Assembly (NCBI GenBank): GCA_036559305.1
Contig: DATBTJ010000051.1
Location: 1,129-65,128, forward strand
Direction: 5' to 3'
From: Jatrophihabitans sp.
GTDB taxonomy: Bacteria; Actinomycetota; Actinomycetes; Mycobacteriales; Jatrophihabitantaceae
DNA length: 64,000 nt
Position numbers and translations under genes: made by a program
Part shown: positions 9,797 to 19,916 of the stretch, piece by piece
Layout of the letters: the number at the start of each line of letters is the position of its first letter
How positions within the stretch are numbered: position 1 is the stretch's first letter
The notes under the pieces: model-generated
Told to the model about the DNA's origin: nothing
Databases searched by the model: none
What the model saw: the letters and a program-made list of their open reading frames with translations, nothing else

Positions 9797-10339
9797 ATGG
9801 CCAAGACTCCGCCCGAGAACAGCAAGCTGCTCGTCATCAGCTTCACCGACACCTTGCGGGCGCAGGAGTTCCTGCTCGCCGTGGCCCGGCTGCAGCACCA
9901 GGACGGGCTCGAGCTGCACGACGCCGTCATCATCGCCCGCGACCCCGACGGCAAGTCGCACGTGCGCGAGACCAGCGACGTCACGCCGAGCCAGGCCGGG
10001 GTCGGCGCGGGCGTGTGGGGGCTGCTGCTGGGCACGCTGTTCGGCGGCCCGATCGGCGGCCTGGTCGTGGGTGCCGCCTCCGCCGGCGGCGGGGCGCTGC
10101 TCGCCCGGCTCATCGACACCGGGGTCAAGGACGAGACGATCGCGCAACTGCGCACCACCGTCCCGCCGGGACGGGTCGCGGTCGCGCTGCTGGTGAGCCA
10201 CGTGTCGGTCGCCGACCTGCAGCGCGAGCTCACCCGCTTCCCGCACGCCGAACTGGTCGAGACCGACCTCCCGGACGCCTCGGTCGCGGCCGTCCAGCAT
10301 GCCCTCGACGAGGCCAACCGCGAGCCGTTCACCGGGTGA
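9797..10339 (+). CDS. DUF1269-type membrane protein
   Basis: LLVISFTD...AQEFL..., a Gly-rich TM segment (GVGAGVWGLLLGTLFGGPIGGLVVGAASAGG), then IDTGVKDETIAQLR. Confidence 0.75.
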   Translation: MAKTPPENSKLLVISFTDTLRAQEFLLAVARLQHQDGLELHDAVIIARDPDGKSHVRETSDVTPSQAGVGAGVWGLLLGTLFGGPIGGLVVGAASAGGGALLARLIDTGVKDETIAQLRTTVPPGRVAVALLVSHVSVADLQRELTRFPHAELVETDLPDASVAAVQHALDEANREPFTG

Positions 10340-10342
10340 ACG

Positions 10343-10732
10343 TCAGCGGCGGCCCGGCGTGGTCGAGGTGATGACGGTGGCGAAACCCACGATGGCGCCG
10401 CCGAACAGCAGCCCGTAGTAGGCGTACTGCTGGCCGTGCGTCCCGAGCACGAGCAGGTCACCCTCGGGACGGTTGTAGACGGCCGGGATCAGGACGACCA
10501 CCAACCAGATCGCGACCGGCACGATCGCGCCCGCGGCCCGGCCCAGCGCGGCCAGGCCCAGACGCGGCAGCAGCAGGTTGCCGGCGATCGCGCCGAGGAT
10601 CACCACCGGGATGATCGCCTTGCCGTTGTAGAACTCGGTCAGGAAGAAGACCTCGAGCAGGGCTGCCAGGAAGGCGCAGCCGGCCACCAGCACGAACGTC
10701 AGCCAGTCCGCGGCGCCCGGCCGATCGGTCAC
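10343..10732 (-). CDS. small polytopic membrane protein
   Basis: In-frame GTG 5 nt after the mshB stop. Four hydrophobic helices. The upstream part of the 10343..11110 ORF is Arg-rich shadow sequence overlapping mshB. Confidence 0.6.
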   Translation of the reverse strand: MTDRPGAADWLTFVLVAGCAFLAALLEVFFLTEFYNGKAIIPVVILGAIAGNLLLPRLGLAALGRAAGAIVPVAIWLVVVLIPAVYNRPEGDLLVLGTHGQQYAYYGLLFGGAIVGFATVITSTTPGRR

Positions 10733-10737
10733 GGAGG

Positions 10738-11649
10738 TCAACTGCCGGTGCCGGCGAACAGGTCGGTCTCGTACCCGTCCGCGTCGCGCTCGCCCGCGGC
10801 CGTCCCGCGCACCAGTTGGTAGTACTCGACGCTCATCAGCTGCAGCCCGATGTTGTTCGACAGCGCGAAGAACGGCCCGTCGACGGCGATCTGGGTGGCG
10901 TGGGCGCGCATCGCGGCCTGCTTGTGCTCGGCGAAGCGGGTGCCGTCGACGGCGCTGGTGACGACGTCGTCGGGATTGCCGAGCGGCAGCTCGTCCGCGG
11001 ACTCGACGCCTTCGAAGAAGGTCTCGTCCCCCGCCGCGCGCAGCGCGTCGATGCCGCGCTGCAGCACCGATTTGGGCAAGACCGCCCAGTACACCTTCTC
11101 GACCGTCCACGCCGCGCCGCCGTCGCCCGGTTCGGCCGCCCGGTCGACGGCCGCCATCGCCACCCGGTGCGCCATGATGTGGTCCGGGTGGCCGTAGCCG
11201 CCGTTCTCGTCGTAGGTGACCACGACCTGGGGCCGCACCTCACGCAGGACCGCCGCCGCCTGGTCGACCGCCCGGTCGAAGCGCTGCGGGTCGGTGGCAC
11301 ACGACCAGAACGCGCGCGGGTCGTCGTTGCCGGCCGTGCCGATCATGCCGCTGTCGCGCCAGCAGCCCGGGCCGCCCAGGAAGCGGTGATCGGTGACGCC
11401 GAGCTCGCGCATGGCGGCGGCGAGTTCCGAGATGCGGTACCCACCCAGCTGATCACCCCGCTCGGCCGCGAGGCCCTCGAGCTCGGGTACGAGCACCTCG
11501 CCGAGCTCGCCGAGCGTGCAGGTCAGCAGCGTGACCTGCGCGCCGTCGGCCGCGTAGCGCGCCATCGTCGCGCCCGTTCCGATGGTCTCGTCGTCGGGAT
11601 GGGCGTGGACCAGCAGCATGCGCCTGTCGTTGTTCATCGCATGCGACAT
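10738..11649 (-). CDS. mshB: N-acetyl-1-D-myo-inosityl-2-amino-2-deoxy-alpha-D-glucopyranoside deacetylase (mycothiol pathway)
   Basis: LmbE motif [13 protein letters not shown], plus HPDH and GGYGHPDHI. Confidence 0.88.
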   Translation of the reverse strand: MSHAMNNDRRMLLVHAHPDDETIGTGATMARYAADGAQVTLLTCTLGELGEVLVPELEGLAAERGDQLGGYRISELAAAMRELGVTDHRFLGGPGCWRDSGMIGTAGNDDPRAFWSCATDPQRFDRAVDQAAAVLREVRPQVVVTYDENGGYGHPDHIMAHRVAMAAVDRAAEPGDGGAAWTVEKVYWAVLPKSVLQRGIDALRAAGDETFFEGVESADELPLGNPDDVVTSAVDGTRFAEHKQAAMRAHATQIAVDGPFFALSNNIGLQLMSVEYYQLVRGTAAGERDADGYETDLFAGTGS

Positions 11650-11716
11650 TACCGACAGCCGACCGGGGCTCCCGCGGGAACGCGGAATGCGTCATGCGGA
11701 GCGATTCGTGGGGTGG

Positions 11717-12979
11717 TCAGACGGTCTCGCCGGCGACGACGACCTGGCCCTCCTCGTCGACCTCTGCCTCGCGGCCGAGCCGGGTCGGCTCGCGCGGCAC
11801 GTCGTCCGGCATACAGACCATCGGCTTGGCTGCCTGCTCGTCCGACGGCGTGCCGGTCGGCCATTTCGCCAGCTCGGGATGGATCTCTTCGTCGCGGGCG
11901 CCGAGGTGCAGGATGTCCGAGCGCGCGCTGGCGAAGTGGCAGGCCGCGGTGTGGTTGTCGAACTTGGCCTCGAGCGGGGGCTCGACGTTCACGCACCACT
12001 CGCGCTGGGTGTTGTTGAGGTCGTTGGCGAACTTCGGGCAGCGGGTGCGGAACCGGCACCCGCTCGGCGGGTTCACCGGGCTCGGCACGTCGCCGGTGAG
12101 CAGGATGCGCTTGCGCTCCTGCTCCTTCCTCGGGTCCGGCAGCGGGATCGCCGACATCAGCGCCTGCGTGTACGGGTGGGCGGGACGCTGGAACAGCTCG
12201 TCCACCGTGGCCGACTCGACGACCTTGCCCAGGTACATCACGACGATCCGGTCGGCGATGTGCCGGATCACGGACAGGTCGTGCGAGATGAACATGAACG
12301 ACAGGCCGTACTCGGCCTGCAGGTCCTCCAGCAGGTTGATCACGCCGGCCTGGATCGACACGTCCAGTGCGGACACCGGTTCGTCGAGCACGATCAGCTT
12401 GGGACGCAACGCCAGCGCCCGGGCGATGCCGATGCGCTGCCGCTGCCCGCCCGAGAACTCGTGCGAGTACCGCGACCCGTGCTCGGGGTTGAGCCCCACC
12501 TGCGCGAGCAGATCGCGCACCTTGCCGCGGCCGTCGGCCTCGCCGCGGTACAGGCCGTGGATGCGCAGTGGCTCCGCGATCAATTCGTTCACGGTCATCC
12601 GCGGGTCGAGCGAGGCGAACGGGTCCTGGAACACGATCTGCATGTCGCGTCGCAGCGGGCGCATCTGCTTGGTCGACAACTGGGTGAGGTCGCGGCCCTG
12701 CCAGGTGACCGAGCCCGCCGAGGCCGGCAGCAGGTTGAGCACCAGGCGTCCGGTCGTCGTCTTGCCACACCCGGACTCGCCGACGATGCACACCGTCTCG
12801 CGCTCGTAGATGTCGAAGGACACGTCGCACACCGCGTGGACGTCGCCGATCCGACGCCGCATCAGGCCCTTGGACCTGATCGGGAAGTGCTTGGACAAGC
12901 CCTTCACGGACAGCACCGGCTCGCCCTTGGGCGCGGCCGCAGGCTTGTCCATGTCGATGCCGGAGGCAGTAGTGGTCAC
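11717..12979 (-). CDS. peptide/nickel ABC transporter ATP-binding protein (OppF/DppF-like)
   Basis: Walker A GESGCGKTT, signature FSGGQRQR, Walker B LIVLDEP, and an oligopeptide C-terminal Cys motif. Confidence 0.9.
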   Translation of the reverse strand: MTTTASGIDMDKPAAAPKGEPVLSVKGLSKHFPIRSKGLMRRRIGDVHAVCDVSFDIYERETVCIVGESGCGKTTTGRLVLNLLPASAGSVTWQGRDLTQLSTKQMRPLRRDMQIVFQDPFASLDPRMTVNELIAEPLRIHGLYRGEADGRGKVRDLLAQVGLNPEHGSRYSHEFSGGQRQRIGIARALALRPKLIVLDEPVSALDVSIQAGVINLLEDLQAEYGLSFMFISHDLSVIRHIADRIVVMYLGKVVESATVDELFQRPAHPYTQALMSAIPLPDPRKEQERKRILLTGDVPSPVNPPSGCRFRTRCPKFANDLNNTQREWCVNVEPPLEAKFDNHTAACHFASARSDILHLGARDEEIHPELAKWPTGTPSDEQAAKPMVCMPDDVPREPTRLGREAEVDEEGQVVVAGETV

Positions 12980-14088
12980 TGCGCGCTCACCTCGTCGTCG
13001 CCGCGCGGCGCGGCGGCGGTCTCGGACTCACTGCTGAACAGGTCGGACGCGCTGGCGTCCGCCGTGCGGTTACGGAAGTGGCAGGCCGCGGCGTGCCCGG
13101 ACCCGGCGACTTCCTCGAGCGCCGGCTCCTCGCGGTCGCAGATCTCCTCCGCGATCGGGCACCGCGGGGTGAACGGGCACCCCGGCGGCAGGTTCAGCAG
13201 CGACGGCGGCGAGCCCTTGATCGGGGTCAGCCGCTCCTGGCGCTGCTGGTCCATGCGCGGCAGGCTGCCGAGCAGCCCGAGCGTGTAGGGCATGCGCGGG
13301 CGGTAGAAGACGTCCTCGGTGCTCCCGGTCTCGACCAGCTTGCCGGCGTACATCACGCAGATGCGCTTGGCGTGGCCGGCGATGACCCCGAGGTCGTGGG
13401 TGATGAGCACCAGCGCCGCGCCGGTGGCATCACGCGCGGCCTCGAGCGCCTCGAGCACCTGGGCCTGGACGGTCACGTCGAGGGCCGTGGTCGGCTCGTC
13501 GGCGATGATGACGTCCGGGTTGTTCGTCATCGCGATCGCGATCACCACGCGCTGCCGCATGCCGCCGGACAGCTCGTGCGGGAAGCTGTCCACGCGCTGT
13601 TCGGGGAACGGGATGCCGACGATGCCGAGCAACTCGATCGCCCGTTTCCGGGCCTGGTCGTGGGAGACCTTGTTGTGGGCGAGAACGGCCTCGGCGATTT
13701 GGTAGCCGATCGTGTAGACCGGGTTCAGCGAGGTGAGCGGATCCTGGAAGATCATCGCGATCCGGTTGCCGCGCAGCCGCGAGTACTCGGTCTCGTCCAT
13801 GCCGAGCAGTTCCTGGCCGCGGAAACGCACCGAGCCGTTGATCCGCGCACTGCGGGGCAGCAGCCCCATCACCGCGAGCGAGCTCACCGACTTGCCGGAC
13901 CCGGATTCGCCGACGATGCCGATGGATTCTCCGGCGCGCACGGTGTAGCTGACGCCGCGCACCGCCTTCACGTCGCCGTCGTCGGTCGGGAAGGTGACGG
14001 TCAGGTTCTCGACGACCAGCAACGCTTCCTGGTCGTCGTCGCGGCGATCCGGCTTCTTCGTCGGGTCGACCTCGAGGTCGATCGTCAT
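12976..14088 (-). CDS. peptide/nickel ABC transporter ATP-binding protein (OppD/DppD-like)
   Basis: Walker A GESGSGKSV, LSGGMRQR and IIADEPTTALD. 4-nt overlaps on both sides. Confidence 0.9.
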   Translation of the reverse strand: MTIDLEVDPTKKPDRRDDDQEALLVVENLTVTFPTDDGDVKAVRGVSYTVRAGESIGIVGESGSGKSVSSLAVMGLLPRSARINGSVRFRGQELLGMDETEYSRLRGNRIAMIFQDPLTSLNPVYTIGYQIAEAVLAHNKVSHDQARKRAIELLGIVGIPFPEQRVDSFPHELSGGMRQRVVIAIAMTNNPDVIIADEPTTALDVTVQAQVLEALEAARDATGAALVLITHDLGVIAGHAKRICVMYAGKLVETGSTEDVFYRPRMPYTLGLLGSLPRMDQQRQERLTPIKGSPPSLLNLPPGCPFTPRCPIAEEICDREEPALEEVAGSGHAAACHFRNRTADASASDLFSSESETAAAPRGDDEVSAQ

Positions 14089-15029
14089 CGTCTCTCTCTC
14101 GTCTGCCGGGGGTCGAGGGCGTCGCGCAGGCCGTCACCGATGAAGTTGACGCTCAGCGCGATCAGAATGATGAAGATGCCCGGGAAGTAGAACAGCCAGG
14201 GCCGGCTGTCCAGCGCGCCCTGCGCGGTGGTGATCAGCACACCGAGCGAGGTGTCCGGCGGCTGGATGCCGAAGCCGACGTACGAGAGCGCCGTTTCGGC
14301 CAGGATGCCCTGCGCGATCAGCAGGGTTGCGTTCACCAGCAGCACCGGGACGGTGTTCGGTAGCAGGTGCCGCAGCATGATCCGCCAGTGCGAGGCGCCG
14401 AGGGCTCGGGAGGCCTCGATGAACTCACGCTCACGCAGCGAGAGCACCACGCCGCGCACGACACGCGCGACGTACGGCGCGGAGACCGCGGCGAGCACCA
14501 GCCCGATCAGCACCAGGGTGCCGCCGCCGCTACGGGCGAGCGCCGCGGCCAGCGCCAGCGCCGGGATGGTGAGGATCAGGTCCGCCACGCGCATCAGACC
14601 CGAATCGACCCACGTGCCGATGTAGCCGGCAACGACGCCCCACAGGGCGCCGGCCAACGTGCCGACGATGCCGATGATGAACGCCACCTTCAACGACTGC
14701 GCCGTCCCGCGCATCACGACCGCGAACTGGTCGAAGCCGGTGCTGTCGGTGCCGAACGGGTGCTTCAGCGTCGGCGGCTGGCTGATGTCGTTGGTGTAGT
14801 TGATGTAGTCGTACTTCCACACCAGCGGACCCACGAACGCGAACAGGATCAGCAGCAGGAACACGAACACGCTCGCCGTCGCCACGCGGTGCCGCAGGAA
14901 TCGGCGCAGCGCCATCCGCCACTGGCTGCGTTCCTTGACGGTGAACTCGCGCTCGGTCTTGCTCGGCGCACTCGGGGCCTCGACGTCGGACTTCTCGTTG
15001 ATCTCAAGCATGGCGGATCCTCGGGTCAA
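14085..15029 (-). CDS. ABC transporter permease (OppC/DppC-like)
   Basis: BPD_transp_1 EAA-like loop (IEASRALGASHWRIMLRHLLPN). Six TM helices. The start could be the ATG at 15011. Confidence 0.88.
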   Translation of the reverse strand: MTRGSAMLEINEKSDVEAPSAPSKTEREFTVKERSQWRMALRRFLRHRVATASVFVFLLLILFAFVGPLVWKYDYINYTNDISQPPTLKHPFGTDSTGFDQFAVVMRGTAQSLKVAFIIGIVGTLAGALWGVVAGYIGTWVDSGLMRVADLILTIPALALAAALARSGGGTLVLIGLVLAAVSAPYVARVVRGVVLSLREREFIEASRALGASHWRIMLRHLLPNTVPVLLVNATLLIAQGILAETALSYVGFGIQPPDTSLGVLITTAQGALDSRPWLFYFPGIFIILIALSVNFIGDGLRDALDPRQTRERR

Positions 15030-15993
15030 GGATGCCGTACAAGATGTCGGCGACCAGGTTGAACAGAATGACGATCGTCGCAGTCACGATGAGCCAGCCG
15101 AGCATCACGTTGAAGTCGATGGTGTTGAGCGCGGTCAGGAACAGCGTGCCCATCCCGTTCCACTGGAAGACGTGCTCGGTGATGATGGCACCGCCCAGCA
15201 GCGCGGCGACGTCGAGCGCGGTCACGGTCGTGAGCGGGATCAGCGCCGTGCGCAGCGCATGCCGCACCAGCACCCGTCGGCGCGACAAGCCCTTCGACCG
15301 CGCCAACCGTACGTAGTCACTGTTGAGCACCTCGAGCATGGAGGCGCGGGTGAACCGGCTCCATGACGCGTAGCCGACCAGACCGAGCACGATCACCGGC
15401 AGGATCAGGTGGCCCATGATGTCGCCGAACTGGGCGCCGAAGGAGGTGTCGGTGATCGGTGGGATGGAACGCTCACCGATCGTGCCGAAGAAGTGCGTCC
15501 CGGTCTTCGAGTTGAACCACAGTCCGCCCTGCTTGAGCAGGATCGCGAACCAGAAGACCGGCATCGACAAGAAGACGAAACCGATCGTGGTCGTCGTGTA
15601 GTCGGTGAGGCTGTACTGCTTCACCGCGCTGATGACGCCGGTCAGCACCGCGAGGACGAGGGCGATGACCACCGAGACGATGACCAGGCGGGCGGTGACG
15701 CCGAAAGCGCTCACGATCTCGCTGCCGACGTCGTTGTGACCCTGCACCGGGGGCCCCCAGTAGCCGTGCAGCAGCAGATTCGAGATCCAGTGCCAGTACT
15801 GGACCGGCCAGGACCGGTCGAGCCACAGGGTGTGCGCCTGCTGGTCGATGAACGACTGGGGCGGGCGGGGTTGACGTTGTTTCAGGTAGAGCAACGGATC
15901 GCCGGAGAGCTTGACGATGACGAAGGTGAGCACCGTCGACGCCAGGAGCACCGGAATGGAGATCAGCAATCTCCGGATCACGAATACCAACAT
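15004..15993 (-). CDS. ABC transporter permease (OppB/DppB-like)
   Basis: MLVFVIRRLLISIPVLL start and DYVRLARSKGLSRRRVLVRHALRTALIP loop. Confidence 0.88.
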   Translation of the reverse strand: MLVFVIRRLLISIPVLLASTVLTFVIVKLSGDPLLYLKQRQPRPPQSFIDQQAHTLWLDRSWPVQYWHWISNLLLHGYWGPPVQGHNDVGSEIVSAFGVTARLVIVSVVIALVLAVLTGVISAVKQYSLTDYTTTTIGFVFLSMPVFWFAILLKQGGLWFNSKTGTHFFGTIGERSIPPITDTSFGAQFGDIMGHLILPVIVLGLVGYASWSRFTRASMLEVLNSDYVRLARSKGLSRRRVLVRHALRTALIPLTTVTALDVAALLGGAIITEHVFQWNGMGTLFLTALNTIDFNVMLGWLIVTATIVILFNLVADILYGILDPRIRHA

Positions 15994-16022
15994 TGTGGAG
16001 TTGACCTCCGAGTCCCGCGAGC

Positions 16023-16053
16023 GGGTCCCCGGGGCGGTTAGCCCCGGGGACCC
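16023..16053 (-). terminator. intercistronic GC hairpin between the SBP and permease genes
   Basis: Perfect 13-bp stem GGGTCCCCGGGGC / GCCCCGGGGACCC with loop GGTTA. Lies 53 nt after the SBP stop and 30 nt before the permease start. Confidence 0.5.
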
Positions 16054-16105
16054 CTCGGTTAGCTGGGCTTGGCCAGTAGCCTAGCCCCGGTCAGCTGGGT
16101 GTGAC

Positions 16106-17854
16106 TCAGCCGGCCTTGACGCCCCAGTCCTTGACGTTGACCGGCGGGCCGGACGCGGTCGCGTTGTCGTGGATGTTGATGTACTGGTTCTGCACCGCCA
16201 GGTAGGTCGGCTTCTGGTACAGCGGCAGCTCGTACGCATCCTTGGTGATGAGCGTGTCGGCCTGGTTCATCAGATCCTGCACCTTGGCCTGATCGGTCTG
16301 CGTGGCCGCCTGGTTGATCAGCTTCTCCGCCGCCGGGTCGTTGTTGAACCCGTAGTCGGCGCCGCCCTTGAGCTCGTAGATCTGCTGAGCGCCGGCCACC
16401 ACGAACGGGGTGCCGACCCAGGCGAAGACGATCATGTCGAAGTTGCCCGTGCCGAGCTCGGACAGGTCGGTGGTCGTCTTGAGCGTCACGTCGATGCCGA
16501 GCTTCTTCAGCGTGGTCTGCGCGACCTGGCACTCCGTCTGCCGGTTCGCGTTGCCCGCGGAGTAGGTGCACCGGAACGCGACGTGCTGCCCGCTCGGGGT
16601 CATCAGGCTGGTGCCCACGCCCTTGTAGCCGGCATTGGTCAGCATCTTCTCCGCCGAGGTCAGGTCACCCGAACCCTGCTTGGTGCTGGTCACGTTGTCC
16701 TTGTAACCGGGCTGGCCGGGAACGTAGATGTGGTTACCGAGCGGCTGGGCGCCCTTGACGAAAGTGCCGATCGTGCGCGCGATGATGTCCTGCCGGTTGA
16801 TGGCGGTGAAGATCGCCGTGCGCAGGGTCTTGTCCTTCAGGAACACGTTCTTCTCGTTGAAGTCGAAGTGCTCCCAGACGAGACCCTTGCCGATGTAGGT
16901 GCTCACGTTCGGGATGCTCTTGACCGCGGCGACGAGGTCGGAGTTCGGCTGCGGATAGATCGCCTGGACCTCGTTGTTCTGCAACGCGGTCGGCTCCTGG
17001 GTCTGGTCGGTGATGATGCGGAAGACCAGCTTGTCCAGGGCCGGCTTGGGGGAGCCGTACCAGTTCGGGTTCGGCACCTCGGTGATCGAGGTGTCCTTGG
17101 TGTAGCCGCTGATCTTGTACGGGCCACCGGAGTAGGTCGGCACGTTCTTGTCGAACCACAGGAAGGAGGTCTGCAGGCCACTGGCGCCCGACGTGCCACC
17201 GTGCTGGGCGGCGATGTGCGCGGGCAGCAGCACGCTGAACATGCTCTGCCAGTCGGCGAACGCCGTCTTCATGACCACGGTGACGGTCTTGTTGTTGTCA
17301 CTGCCGGAGATCGACTTGATGGCGCTGTAACCGGCCGTCGACGACGGGCCGCACTTCGGGCAGGTCGTGCCGTCAGAGACGTTCTTCATGTACTGGAAGT
17401 CGGCGAAGTTGATCGGCGTGCCGTCGTCCCAGACCGCGTTCGGCTTGATCTTGTAGACGATCGTCTGCGGGTTGGCCTTGGTCTGCGTGGCCGACGCCAT
17501 GAGGTCGGTGTTCAGGAAGGGCTTCAGGTCGGAGCCGGCGAGGTAGACGCCGGGCAGGATGCCGTCCTCGGCCTCGGCCACCTCGAACACGTTCGAGGGC
17601 GAGTAGACCTGGTTCCAGCCCGGGATCGTCTTCTCCAGGACGTAGGTCAGGCTGCCACCCTGCTTGGTCTTGCCGGTGTTGCAGCCGTTGGGGTCGGTGC
17701 CGCAGTTCTTGAGGTTGCCGGTGCCCAGCGTGCCGGCCGCGTTCGTCGTGCCGCCGCCGCCCCCGCCGCCGCCGCTGCTCGTCGAACAAGCTGTGAGCCC
17801 GAGCGCGATCGCGGCCGCCGCCGCGATGAGCACTCTTCCCTTGTGGACCTTCAC
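16106..17854 (-). CDS. ABC transporter substrate-binding lipoprotein, family 5 (peptide/nickel)
   Basis: Lipobox LGLTAC followed by a poly-Gly linker. Family-5 SBP length and composition. AGGAGG lies upstream of the GTG start. Confidence 0.9.
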   Translation of the reverse strand: MKVHKGRVLIAAAAAIALGLTACSTSSGGGGGGGGTTNAAGTLGTGNLKNCGTDPNGCNTGKTKQGGSLTYVLEKTIPGWNQVYSPSNVFEVAEAEDGILPGVYLAGSDLKPFLNTDLMASATQTKANPQTIVYKIKPNAVWDDGTPINFADFQYMKNVSDGTTCPKCGPSSTAGYSAIKSISGSDNNKTVTVVMKTAFADWQSMFSVLLPAHIAAQHGGTSGASGLQTSFLWFDKNVPTYSGGPYKISGYTKDTSITEVPNPNWYGSPKPALDKLVFRIITDQTQEPTALQNNEVQAIYPQPNSDLVAAVKSIPNVSTYIGKGLVWEHFDFNEKNVFLKDKTLRTAIFTAINRQDIIARTIGTFVKGAQPLGNHIYVPGQPGYKDNVTSTKQGSGDLTSAEKMLTNAGYKGVGTSLMTPSGQHVAFRCTYSAGNANRQTECQVAQTTLKKLGIDVTLKTTTDLSELGTGNFDMIVFAWVGTPFVVAGAQQIYELKGGADYGFNNDPAAEKLINQAATQTDQAKVQDLMNQADTLITKDAYELPLYQKPTYLAVQNQYINIHDNATASGPPVNVKDWGVKAG

Positions 17855-18006
17855 TGGTTAGTGACCTCCTGTGATGCGCCCGCCGACGATCTGTCAGCGG
17901 GCCATTGTGGAATGCAAGTCGCTGGCGCTCGCTCGTGGCAAGACGGCCCACCGATCGTTACCAACTGTTGATACTGGTGATATTCGGGCGTGTCGCGACC
18001 GCCCGG

Positions 18007-18780
18007 CTAGCCACGCGGCAGAACCGGACGCCGGTCACGCAGGAACGGCAGGGTGCGTCGCGTGTGCGACACCGTAGCGGCATCGATCTCACCGACCATC
18101 ACCGACTCCCCCACCGGGCACTCCGCGACGTATCTGCCCAGCGGATCGACGATGGCCGAATCACCTTGGTACACAAGGCCGTCTGCCGTCCCCACCCGGT
18201 TCACGGCGATCACGTACGCCTGGTTCTCGATCGCGCGCGCCTGCAGCAGCACGCGCCAGTGCGCACTGCGCGCCTGCGGCCAGTTGGCCACCACGACATA
18301 GGCGTCGGTCTGCTCTGCACGGACCCAGAACTCGTCCGCGAACCGCAGGTCGTAACACACGAAAACCGACATCCGGAGCGAATCGACCTCAACGGTCAGG
18401 TAGTCGCTGCCGGCCAGGTAGTGCTCGTCCTCGTGCGCGTACCCGAACGGGTGGATCTTGGCGTACCGGCGCACGGTGCCGTCGGGCGCGGCGACGACCG
18501 CGTTGTTGCGGTACGCCTCGTCCGGGCCGCGCTGGGCGAGCGAACCGATCAGGTAGGCGTCGTGCTCGGCCGCCTGCTCGCGGAGGAACTGCTCGCTCCC
18601 GCCGCCCTCGTCCTCGGCGATGCGCTCGGGGAACATCGAGAAGCCCGTCGCGAACATCTCCGACAACACGATCACCCGCGCACCCTCGGCGGCCGCCTTG
18701 GCGATCATCGGACGGACGTGTTCGCGGGTGGCGGCAGCGTCCTCCCACACGATGTCGTGCTGGATCAGGCCGACCTTCAT
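18007..18780 (-). CDS. carbon-nitrogen hydrolase (nitrilase superfamily, omega-amidase-like)
   Basis: In-frame ATG at 18780 (MKVGLIQHDIVWED...). Catalytic-triad contexts VLSEMF, RRYAKIHPF and VFVCYDLRF. Confidence 0.85.
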   Translation of the reverse strand: MKVGLIQHDIVWEDAAATREHVRPMIAKAAAEGARVIVLSEMFATGFSMFPERIAEDEGGGSEQFLREQAAEHDAYLIGSLAQRGPDEAYRNNAVVAAPDGTVRRYAKIHPFGYAHEDEHYLAGSDYLTVEVDSLRMSVFVCYDLRFADEFWVRAEQTDAYVVVANWPQARSAHWRVLLQARAIENQAYVIAVNRVGTADGLVYQGDSAIVDPLGRYVAECPVGESVMVGEIDAATVSHTRRTLPFLRDRRPVLPRG

Positions 18781-19916
18781 AGCGCGCCTTTCAGTCGGGT
18801 CAGTGCCTCGTGCAGCACCTCGGGTCGCTTGCAGAAGGCGAAGCGGACGTAGTGGTCGCCCGCGTCCGAGTCGTAGAAGACGCTGCTGGGGATCGCGACG
18901 ACCCCGGCCCGGTCGGGCAGTTCGCGGCAGAAGGTCACGGCGTCGCGTCCGACGTCGACGGTGGCGAAGTAGGTGGCCTGCGGGCGGACGACGTCGAAGC
19001 CGAGTTCGGCGAGCCCGTCGCACAGCAGGTCGCGCTGCGCCTCGAGCCGGATGGCGATGTCCGGCGGCACGTGGTCGAGCGCCGCCGCGACAGCCGGTTG
19101 GAACGGCGCGCCGTTGACGAACGTGAGGAACTGCTTGACCGTGCGGACCGCGGTGAGCAGGTGCGGCGCCGCGCACACCCAGCCGATCTTCCACCCGGTG
19201 ACGCTGAACGTCTTGCCCGCGCTCGAGATCGTCACCGTACGGTCGCGCATCCCCGGCAGCGTGGCGATCGGGACGTGCGCGCGGCCGCCGAAGGTGAGGT
19301 GCTCGTACACCTCGTCGCTGATGACCGTCAGGTCGTGCTCGCGGGCGAGCGCGGCGATCGTCTCCAGCTCTGCCGCGGTGAAGACCTTGCCGGTCGGATT
19401 GTGGGGGGTGTTGAGCAGGATCGCCTTGGTGCGCGCGGTGATCGCGTCACGCAGGTCGTCCGGGTCGAAGGCCCAGTCGCCGCCGTCGCGGCGCAACGTG
19501 ACGGGCCGGCGCGCCGCGCCGCCGAGCGCGATGCTCGCGGTGTAGGAGTCGAAGTAGGGCTCGAAGACGACCACCTCGTCGCCGGGGCCGGCGAGCGCGA
19601 GCAGGCTGGCCGCGATCGCCTCGGTGGCGCCGGCGGTGACCAGCACCTCGGTGTCCGGGTCGAAGGCCAGCCCGTAGTGCCGTTGCTGGTGCCGGGCGAT
19701 CGCCGCCCGCAGCTCCGGGATGCCCGGGCCGGGCGGGTACTGGTTGTGGCCGGTGTGGATCGCGTCGGCAGCCGCCGCCAGCAACTCGGGCGGCCCGTCG
19801 GTGTCCGGGAAGCCCTGGCCGAGGTTGATGCTGCCGGTGCGCACGGCCAGCGCGGACATCTCGGCGAAGATCGTCGTCCCGAAGCCCCGCATGCGTTCGA
19901 CCAGAGGGTTGGTCAC
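18777..19916 (-). CDS. PLP-dependent aminotransferase (class I/II, MtnE/kynurenine-aminotransferase-like)
   Basis: GTG start VTNPLVERMRGFGTTIFAEMS...INLGQGFPD...NQYPPGPG...NTPHNPTG...SSAGKTFSVTGWKIGW (PLP lysine context). Confidence 0.85.
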   Translation of the reverse strand: MTNPLVERMRGFGTTIFAEMSALAVRTGSINLGQGFPDTDGPPELLAAAADAIHTGHNQYPPGPGIPELRAAIARHQQRHYGLAFDPDTEVLVTAGATEAIAASLLALAGPGDEVVVFEPYFDSYTASIALGGAARRPVTLRRDGGDWAFDPDDLRDAITARTKAILLNTPHNPTGKVFTAAELETIAALAREHDLTVISDEVYEHLTFGGRAHVPIATLPGMRDRTVTISSAGKTFSVTGWKIGWVCAAPHLLTAVRTVKQFLTFVNGAPFQPAVAAALDHVPPDIAIRLEAQRDLLCDGLAELGFDVVRPQATYFATVDVGRDAVTFCRELPDRAGVVAIPSSVFYDSDAGDHYVRFAFCKRPEVLHEALTRLKGAL

